From Cyanobacteriota bacterium (GTDB lineage Bacteria; Cyanobacteriota; Cyanobacteriia; Thermostichales; Thermostichaceae): a stretch of DNA of 22,930 bases. The notes under the pieces were generated by a model, which was not told the origin of the DNA, made no database searches, and worked only from the letters and a program-made list of their open reading frames with translations. The position numbers were made by a program, and so were the translations under genes. How positions within the stretch are numbered: position 1 is the first letter of the stretch; each line of letters begins with the position of its first letter. Positions 8,792-17,622 of the stretch are shown here, piece after piece. Where the stretch lies: positions 1 through 22,930 of the forward strand of contig JANRIL010000026.1 of assembly GCA_033764955.1 (NCBI GenBank). Reading direction: 5' to 3'.

Positions 8792-9222
8792 CGTGTTTTC
8801 AACTAGAATGCATAAATTATTTTATACGGCTGATAGCAGTGCAACTACTTTTCCAGCAAGGGATAGCAGGCTAACAATGCGGATAGGCTTAGCTTCAGTA
8901 TGCCTCGACACCTTCTCAACAAGGCGGCAACGGGCAAGTAAAAGCACTCATTTTCTGGCGGTTTTGCCAGAAATGGCCAAAGGCGGTTCGGCTGGCTGGG
9001 GAAAAGGATCCCTTCTCAGGTGTTTTACTTGAAATCTGCTAGCTTGGTTGCTAAGTTCTATACCAGAGTGGAGGAAATTCACTGATCCGCTTCGGTCTCT
9101 TTGGCTGGGACTGGGGGTGGCTCAGGCTTGTTAAGAAGCTCTATATTGATTCTTCAGAACCAATACGATTCCTCCCCTGGTTCCTGATTGATTTTTGGAT
9201 CCCGTCGCTTTTTGGTTGCCCG

Positions 9223-11736
9223 TTGTTTCCCCTCTCTCAGCCTCCCAAACCCATGCAGCCCTATAGCTCCCCCTTCCCACCGCCCGGATCTGGGCAGCCA
9301 CCTGCTAAGCCCGTTCCATCCACGGGTAACCAGGCTGAAGCCGACACTCAGGAGCGGGTGCCTGTGGGGCAGCAATTGTTGCGAGCCGGCTTGTTAACCC
9401 CCGCTCAATTGGCTCAAGCTTTGCGGGAGCAACAGCAAACTCACCTCAAATTTGGAGAGGTTTGTCTAGAACATCGGTGGATTTCTCCAGAACAGCTCTA
9501 TCAGATTACCTCCAGCGATTCCCTTTGCTTGGGGGAGATCTTGGTGGCTAGGGGATATATCGACATCGAGCAACTGCGAATTGCCTTGGCTCGTCAACGT
9601 CGCTTTGGACGCAAATTAGGGGAGATTTTGGTTTGGAAAGGATGGATCCAGCCGGAAGTGATTGACCAGGTTTTGCAAGAACAAAAACTCTTACGGGAAA
9701 GTCAGGCCAACAACGCTTGGCAAGCCTTGCAGTCGGCTCCCCCCCTCCTGCCGTCGGCAGAAAATAGTGAACCCTCCTCTTCTCTCGTCTACAATCCCAC
9801 CTCCCTCCCCCCTATTCCACTCTCCTCCCTTGCCCCTATCGAGGGATCCCGTTCCAGTCTGTCGGTGCCGATGGCGGTGCCGATCCCACCGCCCCCCACA
9901 AGCCCAGCGATACCCATTCCTGCCGGGATCCTGCCTGTTGTCCCTATTCCCAGTGCGCCATTACCCCCTGTGCCCGCCCCAGAGGGGATTGACACCACGG
10001 GAACTCAACTGGCTATTTATCGCAACCGCTTGGCCACTCTCGAAATTCAACTGGAGATGCAGCAACGGGAATGGGATGCCATGGCCGCTCAAATGAATGA
10101 GCAAGTGGCGCAATTTCAAACCCAGTATCAACATCGGATTACGCTGCTGGAAACCAAGCTGAAACAACAGGAAACCGAGCAATTAGCCGCGCAACAAGCT
10201 CTCAGCCAAACCTACCAACAACGGATCGAGGGACTGGAGTCTGAGCTAGCCCAGCAACGAACCAGCCTGGAAATGGAACGCAGTCAACAATCGGAGCGGC
10301 AGGCGGCTCAACTGGCCATCAGTGAACAATATCAGCAACGCATCCGCGATCTAGAAGGGGAGTTAGCCTCGCAGCAGTCACTTCTGGAAAAGCGCTCCGC
10401 CGATCAATCCGAATTTCAGATCCTTTCCACCCAATACCAAAAGCGCATCGAGGAGCTACAGGATGAACTGAATCGCCAAATTTTTGCTGAACAGGAACAG
10501 CAGCACGCCCTAGCCACCCAACAGCAACAGATTGACGAACTAGAAAACCAATTGAAACAGCAGTTGCTACAACACCAACAACAGCAACAGGAGATTAGCC
10601 AACGCTATCAGCAACGGATCCAACTGCTGGAGGACAAGCTAGAGGAACAACAGCAGCAGAAGCAACAGGCGCAGTCTACCCATCAAGAAGTAGATCACCT
10701 GCGTTCCGAGATCCATCGCCTGAGTGGAGAACTGCAACGGGTGCAACCCATCGAAGCAAAATATCAAACCCTCAGCCAGCAGGTGCAACCGCTTTTGCAA
10801 AAGCTCAGCCAGACCAAAGCCCACGTTGTGCAGTTAGGACAGGCTCTACAAAAATCACAAGCCTCTCAACAACAATACCAACGTCTATTGCAAACCCAAA
10901 AGGCACAACTGGAAAAAGCTCAATCCACAGCGGTCAAGCTGGCGAAAGAACTCCGGCAAACCCGTCAAGAAATGGCCACCCTGCGCGAACAAGTTCAAAC
11001 CCAAAACCCGCCCGCCGATCTCAGTCCCCAGCCTCCTCAGCCAGAAATGGCGGCATTGCAGACCCAATTACAGGGATCCCATAGTTTGATGGTGGCCTAT
11101 CGCCAGAGCCTAGAAAATCTGCAAAACGAGATCAAAGCGCAACGGGATGAAAACCGTCTCCTCCAGGCCAAATTGGATCGGCAAACCCAGATCACGGAGG
11201 TGATGGAAGGTCAACTTCGTAAAGCAGGGGATGCGAGTAGCGGCTGGACTTCCGTAACCAATGCGGTGCAATCCCAACTGGATCAAAACCTCAGCAAGCA
11301 ATGGGAAACCATCACTGAATCTATTCATATAGATCCAACCCTGCAAAGTGGTCAGACTCCGGTGCTGACGGCCTGGGCACGCCAGTTGTTCTTCCGCCTA
11401 CAAGAAGCTGATCTGATCTCGGATGAGCAAATCCAAGCCGTCTTGCGAGTTTGGTCAAGCCAAGGGGGAAAATTAACCCATGTTCTCTCGGAACAGACGG
11501 GTTTGCAACCTTCAACCATCAAATTTTTTAGTGATGAGGGCTATTCCGCCAAGCTATTTGGGTGTCGTCGCATCGGGGAATATCTCCAGGCGGCGGGGTT
11601 GGTTACTGAAGCGGATTTGCAGGCGGCGCTTCAGGACAATCGCCAAGGGCGGCGCTTAGGGGAAGCGTTAGCGGATCGCGGCTTAATTCGTCCTAGTACA
11701 GCAGACTATTTTGCCCGTACCTTTACCTCCGGTTGA
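9223..11736 (+). CDS. Large protein with MshEN/GSPII_N-like repeats at both ends, a Pro-rich linker and a long Gln-rich coiled coil
   Basis: N-terminal VGQQLLRAGLLTPAQLAQALREQ, LGEILVARGYIDIEQLRIALARQ and KLGEILVWKGWI; C-terminal RIGEYLQAAGLVTEADLQAALQD and RLGEALADRGLI. Start may be ATG 9253. Confidence 0.8.
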   Translation: MFPLSQPPKPMQPYSSPFPPPGSGQPPAKPVPSTGNQAEADTQERVPVGQQLLRAGLLTPAQLAQALREQQQTHLKFGEVCLEHRWISPEQLYQITSSDSLCLGEILVARGYIDIEQLRIALARQRRFGRKLGEILVWKGWIQPEVIDQVLQEQKLLRESQANNAWQALQSAPPLLPSAENSEPSSSLVYNPTSLPPIPLSSLAPIEGSRSSLSVPMAVPIPPPPTSPAIPIPAGILPVVPIPSAPLPPVPAPEGIDTTGTQLAIYRNRLATLEIQLEMQQREWDAMAAQMNEQVAQFQTQYQHRITLLETKLKQQETEQLAAQQALSQTYQQRIEGLESELAQQRTSLEMERSQQSERQAAQLAISEQYQQRIRDLEGELASQQSLLEKRSADQSEFQILSTQYQKRIEELQDELNRQIFAEQEQQHALATQQQQIDELENQLKQQLLQHQQQQQEISQRYQQRIQLLEDKLEEQQQQKQQAQSTHQEVDHLRSEIHRLSGELQRVQPIEAKYQTLSQQVQPLLQKLSQTKAHVVQLGQALQKSQASQQQYQRLLQTQKAQLEKAQSTAVKLAKELRQTRQEMATLREQVQTQNPPADLSPQPPQPEMAALQTQLQGSHSLMVAYRQSLENLQNEIKAQRDENRLLQAKLDRQTQITEVMEGQLRKAGDASSGWTSVTNAVQSQLDQNLSKQWETITESIHIDPTLQSGQTPVLTAWARQLFFRLQEADLISDEQIQAVLRVWSSQGGKLTHVLSEQTGLQPSTIKFFSDEGYSAKLFGCRRIGEYLQAAGLVTEADLQAALQDNRQGRRLGEALADRGLIRPSTADYFARTFTSG

Positions 11737-11847
11737 GGGGATCCCCATCCAGCGGTGGATCTGGGAGGCAACCGAGGACTTTTCAAGTTCCGCCAACGCT
11801 TACGATCTTCTCAGGGGGAAATCAGCTTTACCCCCTAAAATATCCCT

Positions 11848-12666
11848 ATGACCACGATTCACAAAGCCGTTATTCCAGCCGCCGGACGGGGAACACGATT
11901 ACGTCCTGCCACCCGCCTCTTGCCCAAAGAGTTGTTGCCCATCGGCAATGTGCCAATGATTCATCGGGCTGTCAATGAACTGGTACGGGGAGGCATCGAC
12001 CAGATCGCCCTGATTATCAGTCCTGCCAAAGCTTCCGTCTGGGATTATTTTGCCGAAATTACCCCCGATCTCAACTGCCAATTGGAGCTACTGATTCAGC
12101 CAGAGCCAACGGGCACTGCCGATGCGATTGGGTTAGCCAGCAGCTTTTTGCAGAGGGATCCCTTTGTGATCTATATGCCGGATGAGGTTTGCTTCTGCCC
12201 CACATCTCCGATTCGCCAACTGGTAGCCACCTATCAACGCTATCAGCAATCGGTTTTGGCACTCACCTGGCTGACCCCCGAATGGGCTTCCTATTTCAAA
12301 GGAACGGGGCGGATCACCACCGAATTAATCGAGGATCCCACCTATCGGATTACGGCGTTGCTCAATAAAAGTGTGGATCCCTTTCCCGTCAACCCGCAGG
12401 GCAGTCTAAAAGGGGTGGGGATTGGGGTGATCGATCACGAGTTTATGGATCTGTTGTTCTCATTCGCCTCCCACATTAAACGACCGGCAGAATTTGATGA
12501 CATTGTGATTTGGCAACACTTAACTCGCTCCGGTCGATTGTTGGGATCCCTGGTGGAGGGGATGGTTTTTGATGCTGGGCAACCTCAGGGGTTTGCGGCG
12601 GCTAATCGGTGGTGGTTAGAGTTTTGTCAAGACAAAGATCCGATCTTATTGCCAGAAAGTTCATAA
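11848..12666 (+). CDS. GalU-like sugar-phosphate nucleotidyltransferase
   Basis: KAVIPAAGRGTRLRPAT..LPKELLPIG, Q.EP.GTADAI and FDAG motifs; substrate uncertain. Confidence 0.85.
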   Translation: MTTIHKAVIPAAGRGTRLRPATRLLPKELLPIGNVPMIHRAVNELVRGGIDQIALIISPAKASVWDYFAEITPDLNCQLELLIQPEPTGTADAIGLASSFLQRDPFVIYMPDEVCFCPTSPIRQLVATYQRYQQSVLALTWLTPEWASYFKGTGRITTELIEDPTYRITALLNKSVDPFPVNPQGSLKGVGIGVIDHEFMDLLFSFASHIKRPAEFDDIVIWQHLTRSGRLLGSLVEGMVFDAGQPQGFAAANRWWLEFCQDKDPILLPESS

Positions 12667-12678
12667 AAATAATAGTTC

Positions 12679-13038
12679 TTGATCATGGAACGGATCCAAT
12701 TTAGCGCCGATTATATTCAAAAGTTGTCCCGTACCCTACAGCTTTTGGGTGATGAAACTCGCCTGCGAATTATTTTATGTTTAGCTCAGGGGGAAGCCAA
12801 TGTTTCAGAACTTTGTAGTTTTTTAGAACTTCCCCAAAGCACCGTCAGCCATCATTTGGGGCTTTTGCGCTTGGCTGAATTGGTCACGTTTCGGCGGGAT
12901 GGCAGACAAATTTACTATGCGATTCATCAACCGGTTTGGCGGATGGTTGCCTCTGGTTTTTTTGATCAACTTCCCCTCGGATCGGAGCGTTCTATTCAGC
13001 TTGATCACTATCAAATTACGGAGATGAGGGACTATTGA
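12679..13038 (+). CDS. ArsR/SmtB-family transcriptional regulator
   Basis: LGDETRLRII..L..GE.NVSEL...L..PQSTVSHHL..LR...LV..RRDGRQIYY. Confidence 0.9.
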   Translation: MIMERIQFSADYIQKLSRTLQLLGDETRLRIILCLAQGEANVSELCSFLELPQSTVSHHLGLLRLAELVTFRRDGRQIYYAIHQPVWRMVASGFFDQLPLGSERSIQLDHYQITEMRDY

Positions 13039-13077
13039 TGATGGTTGATCAGGTTCCGATGACCTTCAAGATTGCTT

Positions 13078-13368
13078 TTAATCGAGTTCTGAAAAATCGT
13101 AATGGCGTAGTTTCTTTTGCTCAGCCACTTGCAGGGCGAGGTCTAAGGCGACTTGATGAGATTTTACGAGAGAAATGACGCGACCTTTGAGGCAGGCAAT
13201 ATAACTTCCCTGATGGATTTCAATGCCATTGGGGGTTTGCAGAACCGTGTAGAGGGAGGGTGGAGAAGAAGGGTCAATAATATTTTCGGAAAGCGTTTCG
13301 GAAATATCGGGAAACCGATCGGAAGGAGGGGAGAAGCGAGGAGCATGGGCAAAAAACAGTCCAGCCAT
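13078..13368 (-). CDS. Hypothetical protein (96 aa)
   Basis: ATG start, fills an otherwise empty gap, plausible composition; no recognisable family. Confidence 0.45.
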   Translation of the reverse strand: MAGLFFAHAPRFSPPSDRFPDISETLSENIIDPSSPPSLYTVLQTPNGIEIHQGSYIACLKGRVISLVKSHQVALDLALQVAEQKKLRHYDFSELD

Positions 13369-13520
13369 AAAATCGCCTAGAGAAGTGGGGGAGGGTTGCT
13401 GCGATTAGCTACCTGCCTAGCAAGTTAGCAAGCAAAAGAGCAAAACTCGTGAAAGCCGTCCATGCCTCTCTTTTTTCAGCAGTTGAACTTCTCTTCATCT
13501 ATGCAAAACCTATGGACAAT

Positions 13521-13895
13521 TCACCAGTTCAAAATAGCGCGGATCTGATCCGCTAGCGTCACCGCATCAAAGGGTTTGCCGATCACCCCGTTCACCCCCA
13601 CCTGAGCAAAGATGGCCTGATCAGATTTTTGAACCTTCGCCGTCAATAAAATCACCGGGATCCCTTGGGTGGCGGGATTGGCTCGTAACTTGCTGAAGGT
13701 GGTCGGGCCATCCATACCGGGCATCATCACATCCAACAAAATGGCATCCGGTTGCAGCACTTCTGCTATCTGGATCCCTTCTGCCCCTGACCCTGCCCCT
13801 ACCACCTGCCAATTGGCTAGGGCTTCTAGGGTAATTTGGGTCATTTCCCAGATATCCGGCTCATCATCGATGATCAGCAGTCGTTTAGGGGGCAT
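13521..13895 (-). CDS. Single-domain response regulator (CheY/RcaF-like)
   Basis: LIIDDE, ILLDVMMPGMDG, LLTAK and IGKPF. Confidence 0.93.
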   Translation of the reverse strand: MPPKRLLIIDDEPDIWEMTQITLEALANWQVVGAGSGAEGIQIAEVLQPDAILLDVMMPGMDGPTTFSKLRANPATQGIPVILLTAKVQKSDQAIFAQVGVNGVIGKPFDAVTLADQIRAILNW

Positions 13896-14325
13896 AGGTA
13901 TCTTTGGGTATGGATTGGAGCTGGCGAATCAAAGATAAAACATGGGCTTGAAATTGAGGCGGAGAGATGCGACTTTTTGTAAAAAACTGAGTTTGCCCCA
14001 ATTGCAATCGCTGGCGATCCTGCTCAGTAAAATCTCGCGCTGTATAGATAATAATCGCTAGATTTGGCCATTGGCGGGAAGTTCGCAACCAGTCCACAAC
14101 AGCAAACCCATCAATCTGGGGCAACGAGAGATCTAAGACCAGCAGCAATGGAGGACAAGCCTGCTGCAAGAGAGCAATCGCTCTTTCTCCATTAGCCGCA
14201 TGATAAATTTCAAAATCTTCACTATCTAACAAAACGGTCAAGACACTGGCCAGATCCGGATCATCTTCGACAATCAACAGGTAGGGCTGGGTAGGAGGTT
14301 GCAGAGAAGGCAGATCCGTTGACAT
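13885..14325 (-). CDS. Single-domain response regulator
   Basis: LIVEDD, LVLDLSLPQIDG, IYTA and FFTK; overlaps the next gene by 11 bp. Confidence 0.88.
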   Translation of the reverse strand: MSTDLPSLQPPTQPYLLIVEDDPDLASVLTVLLDSEDFEIYHAANGERAIALLQQACPPLLLVLDLSLPQIDGFAVVDWLRTSRQWPNLAIIIYTARDFTEQDRQRLQLGQTQFFTKSRISPPQFQAHVLSLIRQLQSIPKDTYAP

Positions 14326-14535
14326 CGTTAGATCAGCAATAATTGGCGTAGATTCAGTGGCAAAAGTTAGTCCTTCCTAAGGTGCTTATCAATTTTCTTC
14401 ATGCGCCTCAGAGGACGGGACATAAAGCCGACAACTCCGTATTTTCCTCAGTTTAAGGGTGAAGGGCTTGGAATGGTGGGCTTTTGGGCAGACACCCTTT
14501 ATCAAAGCATCCTTGGCGCTGCCGTTAAGAAAAAC

Positions 14536-14564
14536 TCATCAAATATTCATCAACCTTTCATCCG
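14536..14564. promoter_or_regulatory. Triple 11-bp-period direct repeat, candidate OmpR-family binding site
   Basis: TCATCAA-ATAT-TCATCAA-CCTT-TCATCCG, with copies at 14536, 14547 and 14558. Confidence 0.4.
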
Positions 14565-14571
14565 CGCCGAT

Positions 14572-17500
14572 CTAGCAGGGCTGGGAGGGATCCGGTGAGA
14601 GGGGCAAGGAAATGCAAAACCGACTGCCCTGTCCTTCGCTCTCCGCCCAGATCCAGCCTCCGTGATTGAGAATAATGCTGCGGCAGATGGCTAGGCCTAA
14701 GCCTGTGCCTCCTTTTTGGCGAGAGTCAGAAGCATCCACCTGTTGAAACCGTTCAAAAATCAGATCCAGCTTGTCGGAGGGGATCCCTCGTCCCTGATCG
14801 GTGACGGTGAGGCGGCATTCCTGTCCCTGCACGTGGGCGGAAAGGGTGACGGTGGTATGGGGGGGGGAAAATTTGATGGCGTTGCTCAACAGATTGGTCA
14901 AAACCTGGATGAGTTGATCAGGATCCCCCCAGCATTGGGCGGAACAGGTGTGGAGGATCAGGCTGATCTGATGTTTATCGGCCATACTTTGCATGACATC
15001 GCGGGCGTTGGTTAGCAGATCCGCCACAGCGCAGAGTTGCTTGCTGAGGGTAACTTGGCCGGATCCCAGCCGCTCTAGGTCGAGAATATCGTTGATCAGC
15101 CGTACCAGCCGAGCTGTATTTTGTTCGGCAATTTCTAAAAGGCGTTGTCCTTTGGAGGTGAGGGATCCCAGCTTACCTGTCACCAACACGGAGAGGGATC
15201 CGTGGATGGAGGTGAGGGGGGTTCGCAGTTCGTGGCTGACCATCGAGACAAATTCCCCTTTCATTTTTTCTAGGGCTTGCTGTTCGGTGATATCACGGGC
15301 AATCCAGGAAATACCGATCAGATCCCCAGTTTGGTTACGCAGGGCAGAAACCGTCAGAAAGACATCCACCAGTCGGCCATCTTTGCGCTGATGGCGGGTA
15401 TGACGGAGATCTTGGCGAGCCTCTCTATTTTCTCGATTTTTGAGTGGGTGGGTCCAGGTCACCTCTGCCCCACGTCCCACCAAATCGATGAGGGCTTGTC
15501 CGATAGCTTCAGCGGCGCTATAGCCATAGGTACGTTCGGCTCCCGCATTCCAACTCAAGATCACTCCCTTGAGGTCGGTACTGATAATGGCATCAATGGA
15601 GGACTCCACAATAGCGGCCAGTTGCGCCAGTTGTTGTTCGGCCTGTTTACGCTCCGTGATGTCCATGACCACGCCGATCACTTTGATGGCTTGTCCCTCT
15701 CCATTGCTTAAGACCTGCCCCTGCCGCGATACCCACCGTTCTTGACCCGTCGCACTCCGGATGCGGTGTTCGTAGGAGAAGGATTGATCGCTGGTGAGGG
15801 TTTCCAAAAACTCTTCCCACTCCTCTTGGTCGGCGGGATGCAGGAGGGAAGTCAGTGAAGATCGCTGGGGATAGCCCAGGGAGTCCAGAAATTCGGCGGA
15901 AAAGGTTTCAACACCGCTTTGCCAATCTCGCTCCCAGGATCCCATGCCAGCGGCTTGCAGAGTGAGTTGCAACTGAGCTTGGCTGTTGTGGAGGGCGGCT
16001 TCGGTTTGTTTGAGGGAAGTGACATCGGTATAGCTGTCCAAGATGCCGACAATTTTTTGATCCGCGTCGTGGAGAGGAATTTTTTCCCCAATCATCCAGA
16101 GGATGCCACCATTGACACAGGGGATTGGCACCGGTTCTTGATCCGAGAGGATTTGGTTTTGGGTTAGAACCTGCTGATCGCTGGCTTGAATTCTGGCTAG
16201 AAAATCCCTTGGCCAACCCAGGTCTTCATCCCGTTTGCCGATAATCTCGGAGGGGGATCCCAGGCCGACAATCGCTGCCGCCAGAGGATTACAGCCTAAA
16301 TAGGTGAGGGTGTGATCCTTCCAAAACACCGCTTGCGGAACGGTATCGAGAATTAACTGCAACATGGCTTGAGAAGTGCGTAGCTGCTGCTCGATTTGCT
16401 GCCGTTCTTCCACCTCCTGTTGCAGTTGCACCATTTTTAATTGATAAATTTCAGTTTCTTTGCGACTGATTTCAATCTGGTAATCGATCTCAACCGTTTT
16501 CAGTTGCAGGCGCATCCGTTCTCTGCTGACTTGGCTGTGCAGCGTATGAAAGTGCTGAAAGTGAGCTAGGGCTTTTTCAAAGGATCCCTGTTGCTGATAA
16601 AAGGTTGCCAACTGTTGATGGCAAAGGGATTCTTCCCGTTTGATCTCTAGTTTTTGAGCTAGGGGCAGGGCTTGCTGCCAACACAAAGCCGCTTGTTGAG
16701 GGGAGGCTGACTGCACCTGAGCTAGGGATATCCAGGCTTGCATTTCAACCATCGGATTCCCTTCGGTTTTGGCCAGTTGAATGGCCTGTTCTAGATAGTG
16801 AATGCCCAGCGTGGGCTGACGCAGTGAGGCATAGATTCGCCCCAAGTTCCGCAAAATCCAGGGTTCCTCCCGTCGATATCCAATTTGGCGGTGCTGATCG
16901 AGGCTTTTTTGGGCATGGTCGAGGGCTGTCTGATAGTGACCCATTTGCCAGTAGGTGTCTGAGAGGTTGGCTAAACTGTCGCCAATGCCGCGCCGATAAG
17001 CCTGCTCCTCAAACAATCGCAAGCTGCGATGAAAATACTCCAAGGCTTGGGGCCAGTTTTCCAGTTGCTGGTGAATTAATCCTTCGATATTGAGGGCGAT
17101 GGCTTCCCCCAGGGGATCCCGACGGGTTTGGCTAAGGCGGTGGGAGCGCTGAATCAGGTCGAGGGCTTCGCTGTAGTGTCCCAGCTCCATTTGGCCTAAA
17201 CCCAGCAGATAATAGGCTTTCTGTTGTCCGGCCTGATCTCCCACGGCCTCATAGTGAGCCAATGCCTTTAGGATGTGAGGGATCCCCTTTTGATAGTGCC
17301 CCAGTCGCAGATGGCAGTGGCCTTGGTTGAGGGAGCTGTCGGCACTGATGGTGAGGGATCCCGGTGGGGCTGCTGCCCATTGCTGAGCGGTTTCCGCCAG
17401 GGTCAAGGCTTGCTGGGGTTGATAGTAGGCTAATTCCCAAGCTAGGGCATTCATCGCCTCGGTCTGAGCCTGTTCCCCAACGGCTGTCTCAACCTGATGG

Positions 17501-17598
17501 TGGAGATCGGCGATCAGGGGGGGAATCGGATCCGAACCGGACATAGCCATGTTGAAGGGGAAGGCGGAGGCAAGCGGAGAGCCAGGGATCCTGACCAA
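14572..17598 (-). CDS. Soluble sensor histidine kinase: TPR array - 3 PAS/PAC - HisKA - HATPase
   Basis: TPR repeats over about aa 45-360; PAS/PAC motifs (VFWKD..YLGCN, GMGSWE, SWNAGAERTYGY, DITE); H-box SHELRTPL; N-box NLLSNAIKF; DQGRG and GGTGLGL. No obvious TM segment; start codon uncertain. Confidence 0.93.
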   Translation of the reverse strand: MVRIPGSPLASAFPFNMAMSGSDPIPPLIADLHHQVETAVGEQAQTEAMNALAWELAYYQPQQALTLAETAQQWAAAPPGSLTISADSSLNQGHCHLRLGHYQKGIPHILKALAHYEAVGDQAGQQKAYYLLGLGQMELGHYSEALDLIQRSHRLSQTRRDPLGEAIALNIEGLIHQQLENWPQALEYFHRSLRLFEEQAYRRGIGDSLANLSDTYWQMGHYQTALDHAQKSLDQHRQIGYRREEPWILRNLGRIYASLRQPTLGIHYLEQAIQLAKTEGNPMVEMQAWISLAQVQSASPQQAALCWQQALPLAQKLEIKREESLCHQQLATFYQQQGSFEKALAHFQHFHTLHSQVSRERMRLQLKTVEIDYQIEISRKETEIYQLKMVQLQQEVEERQQIEQQLRTSQAMLQLILDTVPQAVFWKDHTLTYLGCNPLAAAIVGLGSPSEIIGKRDEDLGWPRDFLARIQASDQQVLTQNQILSDQEPVPIPCVNGGILWMIGEKIPLHDADQKIVGILDSYTDVTSLKQTEAALHNSQAQLQLTLQAAGMGSWERDWQSGVETFSAEFLDSLGYPQRSSLTSLLHPADQEEWEEFLETLTSDQSFSYEHRIRSATGQERWVSRQGQVLSNGEGQAIKVIGVVMDITERKQAEQQLAQLAAIVESSIDAIISTDLKGVILSWNAGAERTYGYSAAEAIGQALIDLVGRGAEVTWTHPLKNRENREARQDLRHTRHQRKDGRLVDVFLTVSALRNQTGDLIGISWIARDITEQQALEKMKGEFVSMVSHELRTPLTSIHGSLSVLVTGKLGSLTSKGQRLLEIAEQNTARLVRLINDILDLERLGSGQVTLSKQLCAVADLLTNARDVMQSMADKHQISLILHTCSAQCWGDPDQLIQVLTNLLSNAIKFSPPHTTVTLSAHVQGQECRLTVTDQGRGIPSDKLDLIFERFQQVDASDSRQKGGTGLGLAICRSIILNHGGWIWAESEGQGSRFCISLPLSPDPSQPC

Positions 17599-17622
17599 TG
17601 GTGAAGATAAGCCATCTCTGCC

